24,408 nucleotides of DNA. Origin: a virus. Lineage: Duplodnaviria; Caudoviricetes. Numbering within the stretch: position 1 is the stretch's first letter; every line of letters starts with the position of its first letter. Of the stretch, positions 15,795 to 22,848 are shown piece by piece. The DNA lies in IMG/VR virus record IMGVR_UViG_3300027753_000082, positions 1 to 24,408 of that record, one strand, 5' to 3'. A program made the position numbers and the translations under genes. Below the pieces are notes generated by a model. It saw nothing but the letters and a program-made list of their open reading frames with translations, had not been told where the DNA came from and ran no database searches.

Positions 15795-16214
15795 GGGGTA
15801 GCTAAAAATAAATATTACTTTTATTGACTAATGGTAGGCCACAACTGTCGCATTCCTGGTAACACCCCCGATCTTACCCCAGGATAGCGTGAGAGCTACG
15901 GAGAGGCCGTTCTAATGCGGGTAAAGTACTCTTGTGAGGCGACATACTCTGGCTATACTAACGTCATTCTACGGGTCTTACAGGAGATGTAACATTATAA
16001 CACTACTTATTAGTATAATCAAGCTATAAAATAGGGTTTTAGTGCCAAGATGCCGCAGTTTATGGTGTTATCTGGAAGTAGTTAACAGATTGTAAAATAC
16101 CCCCCGCTGTCATTGGGAGTATACGCATACGGGGCGGGGGTGGGTGGCCCATACCGGGGTGATAATAGGGCAGCACTACTGACCTACTGCGGGAAACATC
16201 AAGTTTTCTACAGG

Positions 16215-16859
16215 TAAACCACTGATATCATTGGATAATTTATACAATAGAGTATTATATAGGCGGCATTGTTCTTGATTTGTTCTGAATTATTGCAAAT
16301 GATAATCGTTCGCAAGTTGGAAGTAGAACACCAGGTACCCCAATAGGTCAGTAATCTTGACCTATACCCCTGTTCTCTTTTTGTTCTCGTCCCCCAATCT
16401 TATGGCAACAATAAGGCACATCGCCACAATCCCACCACAATTCCGTGAACAAAACCGAAACATCCTCTTAGACCCCGATTTTAGCCCCTCTCATTGCCCA
16501 AATGGTTTTTCCGGTACCTTACCCCATAAAATCTGTTGTTCTCTTTCCACCCTATCTTTGTTCTCCCTTTGTTCTTTTCACCGGGTATATACTATATAAT
16601 AGATAATATGTTCTCGTTTTGTTCTCTCTTTCGTTTCAGTTACTTGCGAATCACTCGCAACAAACTACCTAAGCTGTTGAAAACATTAGACAATCAATAT
16701 TAATTGGAATTAATTGCATTTTTATTACCTAATGAAAACAACAGGTTACAAGCTAACCCACTGAAACTATTAGCTAATTTAATTTAATCTTTTATTGTCG
16801 AATAAAAACAAATACTTAGAAGGGTTTTACAAATATTATCTAATAAAATCAGCTATTTA
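16215..16859. repeat. Six dispersed 20-bp repeats CNAATRNWWWCARNNNNTTA (IHF-site-like)
   Basis: 16215-34(-), 16670-89(-), 16729-48(+), 16754-73(-), 16799-818(+), 16840-59(+). Confidence 0.75.
16271..16624. promoter_or_regulatory. Cluster of alphaproteobacterial LexA (SOS) boxes GTTC-N7-GTTC
   Basis: Perfect copies at 16271-85, 16372-86, 16560-74 and 16610-24. Confidence 0.7.
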
Positions 16860-17312
16860 CCGGGCCTTTACATATCATTCCGCTTGTGGTCTTGATTGGT
16901 CACAGGGTTTAGACGGCGCTTAGGTGACCAGATAGGCCCAAAACGAACGTTATTTGAAAATTGAATAGTAGCCTCAATCTGGCCCTAGGAATTGACAACT
17001 CCGATCATGGGAAAATCAGATTAGCAATGTCTTGATTGGGGTGGTAATAATATTGCGAGCGGGTTCGATATCGTCCCCGTAGGTGACAACTTTCAAACAA
17101 AAAGCGGCCTAATCAATTCAGATATAAACACCAAAACACATGCGCCCATCATATAGGTGGCAGTCTATGTGCAAGTTGGTGTGTCCTGCGAAAGCTACCC
17201 CTTAGATTTATCAAGGGGAATTGTATCTAGTGAGGGACTGCATGTGCCAACATGCAAAGCACATCGCATGGTGTGGTGTGTTTTGTTGATTGGCAATAGA
17301 GGAGTTTTAGCC

Positions 17313-17825
17313 ATGACTGATCATGTAAAAAATTGGGTATCGAATGCACGGGGTGCGGAATATGGTTTCTTTAAGGCGGTGCAATATGCGCTTGAGCAAT
17401 TCGGTGAGAAAAACAATCTACCGCTGTATGCTCTATATGCCTTTACGAATGGCAAGAAGTATGGCTCGTATAAAATTGAAGATGGGTATTCCCTCAAGCA
17501 ATTCTCTGCACCTCTCAAGCGTATCTTGTCTGTCGCATTGGATGATGTGAAGCTGACATTTAAAGACGGCAAACCCGGTGTGAAGGTGGGTGAGAATGGT
17601 GGCCTTAATCTTGAGGGCTTGGAGAAGGTTTCTATGCTCGCTGCGTCTAATTGCGGCCTGCGTTCAACCGCCTTTGACGATGCCTTTCCTAAGCCTTTGA
17701 AGCCTATCAAATTGTTTGATGCGACTGCATGGGCTGAACGCAATGTGAAAGCTCAACCTGACCAGTTGGAAGCGATGATTGCAGCACTACAGGCCCAGCG
17801 CACAGGTTTGAAAGTTGCAGCATAA
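17313..17825 (+). CDS. Early hypothetical protein (170 aa)
   Basis: Start revised to ATG 17313 with GAGGAG RBS; first credible gene of the rightward arm. Confidence 0.75.
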   Translation: MTDHVKNWVSNARGAEYGFFKAVQYALEQFGEKNNLPLYALYAFTNGKKYGSYKIEDGYSLKQFSAPLKRILSVALDDVKLTFKDGKPGVKVGENGGLNLEGLEKVSMLAASNCGLRSTAFDDAFPKPLKPIKLFDATAWAERNVKAQPDQLEAMIAALQAQRTGLKVAA

Positions 17826-17852
17826 ATACCACAAAAGATATACAGTAGATCA

Positions 17853-17883
17853 GCACCTCATGTGAAAGCGTGGGGTGTTTTCT
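17853..17883 (+). terminator. Terminator-like hairpin
   Basis: GCACCTCATG-TGAAAG-CGTGGGGTGT followed by TTTCT. Confidence 0.5.
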
Positions 17884-17912
17884 TGTGCATATCTAACAAT
17901 GGAGGAACTGAT

Positions 17913-18200
17913 ATGAACATTGTAAAGAATCCCCACAAGTTTAAGCTAAACCCAATTGATGAGCGATACGTTTTATGTGGGTGGTATGAAGTTGAGTATG
18001 GTGCTGAACGTGTTTATGTGAAGGGTAAAGACCTTCGTGCCTGTGTGAATAAACTTGTGGAATCTGATGCTGACTTTGGTCACACTGATGCTGAGCTTGA
18101 GGGTGGGTACATCACAGCTGAGTATGATGTGACAAGTGAAGCTGTCTCCATGGCTTTGGAGATATCAATAGAAACTAATAGGAAAAGGGGTATCATATAA
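17913..18200 (+). CDS. Early hypothetical protein (95 aa)
   Basis: Start revised to ATG 17913 with GGAGG RBS. Confidence 0.7.
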   Translation: MNIVKNPHKFKLNPIDERYVLCGWYEVEYGAERVYVKGKDLRACVNKLVESDADFGHTDAELEGGYITAEYDVTSEAVSMALEISIETNRKRGII

Positions 18201-18312
18201 TGAATAGACGTAAGCGACAGCAAAGGTATGTTGTGTGGAATGTGGCGATAGGTTTCGTACTGTCGTCATCACTGTTCTTTTACTGGGGTTACATATATGG
18301 AGTGTCCCAGTT

Positions 18313-18432
18313 ATGAAATCTGTAAGGGTATATGTAGATGATGTGTTCCATTGTACTGTATTAGAAAGGGAGGTAGAGGGCATGCTTAGACACCTAAAGA
18401 GTGTCGGCATAGTCAACGTAACTGTACGATAG
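18313..18432 (+). CDS. Small hypothetical protein (39 aa)
   Basis: GGAG upstream of ATG 18313; MKSVRVYVDDVFHCTVLEREVEGMLRHLKSVGIVNVTVR. Confidence 0.5.
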   Translation: MKSVRVYVDDVFHCTVLEREVEGMLRHLKSVGIVNVTVR

Positions 18433-18508
18433 TATCAGCCTGCACACTTGAGGGTGTGTAGCGTGATACCATTGGGGTATCTAACAATTTATCTGAGGAG
18501 ATAAAATC

Positions 18509-18901
18509 ATGGCCAATACTACAGCAACTCGTGCAACTCGTTACAATCTTTCCGATGCAAAGTGGATGGAGATCTGCAAGTATTACAGCAATCATACTGC
18601 ATCTGTAACCTTGGAGCACTTTGATCTTGACATGGATAGTACTTGCCTTTCGCACCACTACAAACGTCTTGGGTTCTTGCCTAAGTCTGCTGCACGTAAC
18701 CCTGATCCATCCCGTGCAGTGGCCCCCAAGAAGCTGCCGAAAGGTAAGCTGAACCTTGTTGTAAAACGTGGTGGGTACATCATGAATGGTAAGGTAATGT
18801 CTGCCACTGAGTTTGGTAAGATTCGTGCTAAGTTAAAGGTAGGTGACACCTTCAAGACAGTCATCGTGACGGAACACAAGGTAGGTATCATTGATGCCTA
18901 A
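18509..18901 (+). CDS. Basic hypothetical protein, possible N-terminal HTH (130 aa)
   Basis: GAGGAG RBS; helical N-terminus ending LSHHYKRLGF, basic C-terminal half. Confidence 0.75.
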   Translation: MANTTATRATRYNLSDAKWMEICKYYSNHTASVTLEHFDLDMDSTCLSHHYKRLGFLPKSAARNPDPSRAVAPKKLPKGKLNLVVKRGGYIMNGKVMSATEFGKIRAKLKVGDTFKTVIVTEHKVGIIDA

Positions 18902-18908
18902 TCAAATT

Positions 18909-18942
18909 GCCCCATGCTTAATTGTGTGGGGCTTTATTTTTT
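18909..18942 (+). terminator. Intrinsic terminator
   Basis: GCCCCATGC-TTAATT-GTGTGGGGC followed by TTTATTTTTT. Confidence 0.75.
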
Positions 18943-18954
18943 GGAGTAAGTGAA

Positions 18955-20580
18955 ATGAAATATTCTTTAGTGGCAGTAAATGTGTCACCCGATTGGAGCC
19001 TCTCTGAGTATGTAACAAATTTTGCTACCTACGATGTGGAAAATGAGGGGAACTCACCAGTCATCACAGAAAAATCAGCTGACCTAATAGGTGGGTTTGT
19101 TGTCCTAGATAACGGCAAGAAATACTGGCTTCACCGACCGGATGAATCTGGTTTTATAGTCAGAAAGACGTTGGCTGTTGACGAGTCAGAGCTTGATCCT
19201 GTTATCAAGTCTTGGGGTTCATGGTCAGGGATACCCAATGGTGGTACATCCGATGATACGTTGTTTAATTGGATTGTAAACTACATTGTAAACCATAGTG
19301 TGTTCGGTCTGACTGACCCCAATTTGTTTGATTGGGACCGCAGGTTACGTGCCTTCTCACCCATTCGATCTAAGGTATCTCCCGGCAAGATCAGTATCTA
19401 TAGAGATTTGAGTATGCGTATTCAGGATCGTCACACTATGATGAAACCTGGACGTGCATTCACTGCCATGTTCCCTGAGGTTGAACACAAGCAAGTCATC
19501 ATGTTCGTTGATAGTTTCTTAAATATGTTCTGCAAGCGTGAGTTGACTCTATGTGTATCAAAGGAACGCAAAGACTTCCACCTGGCGTACTCGGGTGATC
19601 AAGCTCCTATGGAGAACATTGATACCACATGGACTCGCAAGTCATCTGCATCTAGCTGCATGCGGTATGACTTTGCTCACCTCAAGTGCCACCCAGCAGA
19701 AGCCTATGCTAGTGGTGACTTCGAGGTCATCACAGTATTTGATAGTGACATGCGTGTCGCTGCTAGGTGTGTCGTATATGTCGCACATCATAGTGGTGTA
19801 CCTCAAGCTGGTCCTATCTATGGTGTATCAGAACAAGCACTTGACACTGTGCACGATCATCTGATAGTTAGAGATGCAGAGTTTCGTAACCCCGATTGGG
19901 TTGGTGCTAGACTGCTTGCATTACCAGAGGATGAATACGAAGATCCACCCAGCAACTTTGTAGGGCCTTACCTAGACGTAGAGCCACGCACTCTTGACCT
20001 TACCTGTGATAATAAGTACCTTATTCAGGATCATGGTGGTGAGATAGATGCAAGCAACTACCAAGGTATCATATCATCTGTTGGACTTCAGTGTACCTGT
20101 TGTGGTGACAGAATTTCTGAGGACTATGCAAATTACTCAGAGTATTACGAGGGTGATTGTTGTGAGGATTGTTACAACGAGAACCATTTTTATTGCGAGT
20201 ATGCAGAGGAGTCTTACCATGTCAACGATCAACGCACTGCCTATACTATCGACAGTGGGGGTAAAAGGGAAGAACTAACAGTATCATCTTGGGCTTGTGA
20301 GAATGGTGATATGTTCGTCGGGTGTAGTGATCGAAAGTATTGGCACATAGACGATGTTGAATACTGTGAGGATGAGGATGAGTGGATCTCACCTGACTCT
20401 ATAGAGGATTACTTTCGGTCCGACTGGGATGGTGAGTGGTACAATAACGACAAGTTGTGCACAACAACAGATGATCAGTCAGTCACATATCAGGAGTTGA
20501 AAGACTCTGAAGGACAGTGGAAAACCAACTCACAAGGTGAGTGGTATGAAGAAGAGGAAGAAGAACAATGTATAGCTTAA
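18955..20580 (+). CDS. Hypothetical protein (541 aa) with SCM/PYLD core and acidic Cys-rich C-terminal repeats
   Basis: Start revised to ATG 18955 (GGAG RBS). MKPGR, SSCMR, ARCVV, GPIYG, GPYLD; then CTCC, CCEDC, YCEY, YCED repeats. Confidence 0.75.
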   Translation: MKYSLVAVNVSPDWSLSEYVTNFATYDVENEGNSPVITEKSADLIGGFVVLDNGKKYWLHRPDESGFIVRKTLAVDESELDPVIKSWGSWSGIPNGGTSDDTLFNWIVNYIVNHSVFGLTDPNLFDWDRRLRAFSPIRSKVSPGKISIYRDLSMRIQDRHTMMKPGRAFTAMFPEVEHKQVIMFVDSFLNMFCKRELTLCVSKERKDFHLAYSGDQAPMENIDTTWTRKSSASSCMRYDFAHLKCHPAEAYASGDFEVITVFDSDMRVAARCVVYVAHHSGVPQAGPIYGVSEQALDTVHDHLIVRDAEFRNPDWVGARLLALPEDEYEDPPSNFVGPYLDVEPRTLDLTCDNKYLIQDHGGEIDASNYQGIISSVGLQCTCCGDRISEDYANYSEYYEGDCCEDCYNENHFYCEYAEESYHVNDQRTAYTIDSGGKREELTVSSWACENGDMFVGCSDRKYWHIDDVEYCEDEDEWISPDSIEDYFRSDWDGEWYNNDKLCTTTDDQSVTYQELKDSEGQWKTNSQGEWYEEEEEEQCIA

Positions 20581-21521
20581 TTGAAATGCTACGATACAAA
20601 CGACCTGAAGGTAGTGACACGCAGAGAGAGTTCTGTCAAAGGTTCCTTGAACCTATGTTTGGTTTACCTGACAGGCACGGCAACTATGTACTTAGCCTAG
20701 GGGAGAACCCTAACTTGTGCTTCACTGCGCACCATGACACAGTGCACAAGACCGAAGGCATGCAGAAGTTACTGGTGATCAACGATGTAATCTCTGTTGC
20801 AGATCCTTTGACATCAAGCTGTCTGGGTGCTGACTGTACTACTGGCATATGGCTAATCCTTAATATGATAGAGGCTGGTGTTGATGGTGTCTATGTAATC
20901 CATGCGGCAGAAGAGGTTGGCTGTAAGGGTAGCCGGGCTTTGGTAGATGACAAGCCACTGTGGTTGAATAGTATTGATGCTGTTATCTCCTTTGATAGGT
21001 ATGGTGACACGTCTGTAATCACACATCAGATGGGTGTTCGCACTGCATCAAATGAATTTGCTAAGTCCTTTGCTGAAGCTCTTGATATGCCTCAGCTTGT
21101 TGGTGACAGTGGTGGTTCATACACTGACAGTAACGAATACATCCACGTTGTGCAAGAGTGTACTAACATTAGTGTCGGTTATTATGGTCAGCATGGTGTA
21201 AATGAGACACAAGATATAAAATATGCAGAGTATCTTGCGACAGCACTTGTGTGTGCTGACTGGGATAAGATAGTATTCCAACGTGACCCTTCGATAGTCG
21301 AAGACACATGGGATATGAGCAGCTATGGATACCGCAGTACATCTGACGAAAACAATATAGCTGCTATCAAAGATCTAATCCAAGACCACCCGCAGAAAAT
21401 AGCTGAGTTCCTAGATGATTTAGGTATCAACTACTATGCCTTAGTAGAGGAGGCTCACATTGATGACAGTAAATATTTCCAAGACGATGTTAACTACGAT
21501 AAGTATCGGTATGCATACTGA
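20568..21521 (+). CDS. Zn-dependent hydrolase, peptidase M28/M20/M42 clan (317 aa)
   Basis: AHHDTV (HxD), LGADCTTG, AAEEVGCKGS, ISFDR, TD, NISVGYYGQH...E: full set of clan MH metal ligands. Confidence 0.85.
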   Translation: MYSLIEMLRYKRPEGSDTQREFCQRFLEPMFGLPDRHGNYVLSLGENPNLCFTAHHDTVHKTEGMQKLLVINDVISVADPLTSSCLGADCTTGIWLILNMIEAGVDGVYVIHAAEEVGCKGSRALVDDKPLWLNSIDAVISFDRYGDTSVITHQMGVRTASNEFAKSFAEALDMPQLVGDSGGSYTDSNEYIHVVQECTNISVGYYGQHGVNETQDIKYAEYLATALVCADWDKIVFQRDPSIVEDTWDMSSYGYRSTSDENNIAAIKDLIQDHPQKIAEFLDDLGINYYALVEEAHIDDSKYFQDDVNYDKYRYAY

Positions 21522-21534
21522 CAATATGTCGCAC

Positions 21535-21565
21535 TTGACAGAATCTTCAAGCTGAGATATACAAT
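21535..21565 (+). promoter_or_regulatory. Promoter reading into array 2 and the tRNA
   Basis: TTGACA-N17-TATACAAT. Confidence 0.65.
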
Positions 21566-21566
21566 A

Positions 21567-21640
21567 TACTTAAGTATTACTTAGAAGATATACTTTATTA
21601 TATATCTTAAATAGATAATTACTTAAGTATTACTTTAGTA
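21567..21640. repeat. AT-rich array of TACTWWAGTA-like 10-mers (array 2)
   Basis: Copies at 21567, 21620 and 21631; degenerate copies at 21578 and 21591. Confidence 0.8.
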
Positions 21641-21641
21641 C

Positions 21642-21718
21642 CCATCCTTAGCTCAACTGGATAGAGCAACTGCCTTCTAAGCAGTAGGTTGCAGGTTCGA
21701 GTCCTGCAGGGTGGGCCA
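21642..21718 (+). tRNA. tRNA-Arg (anticodon TCT)
   Basis: Acceptor CCATCCT/AGGGTGG, D-arm GCTC..TGGATA GAGC, anticodon arm ACTGC-CTTCTAA-GCAGT, T-arm GCAGG-TTCGAGT-CCTGC, discriminator G, encoded CCA. Confidence 0.95.
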
Positions 21719-21729
21719 GGGAGTCTCTG

Positions 21730-21777
21730 ATGGATGATCCACATGATGACTGCACACATTGGATAGGAAAGATATGA
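21730..21777 (+). CDS. Putative 15-aa micro-ORF MDDPHDDCTHWIGKI
   Basis: GGGAG RBS 6 nt upstream; the stop overlaps the recombinase start (ATGA). Confidence 0.45.
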   Translation: MDDPHDDCTHWIGKI

Positions 21778-22658
21778 AATATAAAGATGCTGTAGATAAA
21801 TACTTTAAGACAAGACAATTTGCTTCACTCTCTACCTCATCTCAGAAAGGTTACGAAGCCTGCCTCACTTCCTTTGGTCGTATGTTTATTATGGGTAGAA
21901 GATTAAGTGGTACGAACATACAGAAGATTAATGTATTGCTATGCACTGAGATGTACGATACGTGGGAGTCAGTTACCTCCACATCAAATGCAAACCACAA
22001 CGCTAGAGTCTTCTCTGTCTTGATGAATTACTTAGTGTCGCTAGATGTACTACCAGCCAACCCGATGGCCAGAGTTAAGAAGAGAACAAGTATACCAAGG
22101 TCTGTCGTATGGACACACGAACAAGTGATAGACTTTCTTGATACTGCCTTCACTAAATTTGAGTGGAGGAATATAGGATTGATAGTCTTGATGTGCTATG
22201 AGTGGGGTCAACGTCCTATCGACATAAGAAATCTGAAGTGGGATGATGTGGATTTAGATAGCCGTATAGTTAAGATAACACAGAGCAAACGTGGTGCAAC
22301 AGTGGAGTTACCTGTACCAGATAATATCTTTAACATGCTATCTGTTCAGATAAAAGACTGGGACTTCCAACCCTACGTAGTACCCTACCACAGAGCTTCA
22401 GATGGTTCTTATAGACCACTAACGGTTCACAACATGACCTCACTACTGTCCGAGGTTAAGGCCACTGCAGGGCTACCTGATGATCTAAGGGTGGGTGATC
22501 TACGGAAGACTGCGATAGTACAGATGATTGAAAGTGGTGTGGATCACCTTGCAATTCAATCTGTGTCGGGTCATAAGAGTGTGTCGAGTCTTAATCCGTA
22601 CAACAAATTTAGTTTAAAGACAGCTAAGCTGGCACTGGGCCAGAGGCAGAGAGAATAA
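21774..22658 (+). CDS. Tyrosine recombinase / integrase family protein (294 aa)
   Basis: Start revised to ATG 21774. SAM-like N-domain ending ANPM; GQRPIDIRNLKWDDVD (R), QSKRG (K), GDLRKT (R), SGH (H), LNPY (Y). Confidence 0.9.
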   Translation: MKYKDAVDKYFKTRQFASLSTSSQKGYEACLTSFGRMFIMGRRLSGTNIQKINVLLCTEMYDTWESVTSTSNANHNARVFSVLMNYLVSLDVLPANPMARVKKRTSIPRSVVWTHEQVIDFLDTAFTKFEWRNIGLIVLMCYEWGQRPIDIRNLKWDDVDLDSRIVKITQSKRGATVELPVPDNIFNMLSVQIKDWDFQPYVVPYHRASDGSYRPLTVHNMTSLLSEVKATAGLPDDLRVGDLRKTAIVQMIESGVDHLAIQSVSGHKSVSSLNPYNKFSLKTAKLALGQRQRE

Positions 22659-22671
22659 TGGGGGTACAGGT

Positions 22672-22848
22672 ATGAATACTGTATGGTTACTAATATGGTT
22701 TGTCGTTTCTTCTGACCAAGGCGTAAGGTATTACCACCTAGGTATGTATGACAACGAGACCTTATGTAAGGCAGCACTAAAGGATGCATCAGTTATGGTA
22801 AACGATAAGAATGAAACAGTGGAATGTATAGGGGTAAATAATGATTAA
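22672..22848 (+). CDS. Small protein with hydrophobic N-terminus (58 aa)
   Basis: Not in the ORF track; MNTVWLLIWFVVSSDQGVRYYHLGMYDNETLCKAALKDASVMVNDKNETVECIGVNND fills the gap between the recombinase and thyX. Confidence 0.65.
   Translation: MNTVWLLIWFVVSSDQGVRYYHLGMYDNETLCKAALKDASVMVNDKNETVECIGVNND

Noticed and set aside
16357-16599. 80-aa ORF in the divergence region
   Set aside because: TTG start without RBS, low-complexity translation, and it runs across the LexA-box array; better explained as non-coding.
16082-16713. Possible CtrA boxes (TTAA-N7-TAAA at 16082; TTAA-N6-TTAA at 16700)
   Set aside because: Neither matches TTAA-N7-TTAA exactly, and such near-matches are expected in AT-rich DNA.
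15645-16859. Repeat arrays as a possible CRISPR or mini-CRISPR
   Set aside because: Units are short or degenerate, irregularly spaced, partly in both orientations, lack unique constant-length spacers, and no cas genes are present.
21642-21718. tRNA as an attL/attR prophage boundary
   Set aside because: Genes on both sides are phage-like and no duplicate of the tRNA 3' end is visible in the window.
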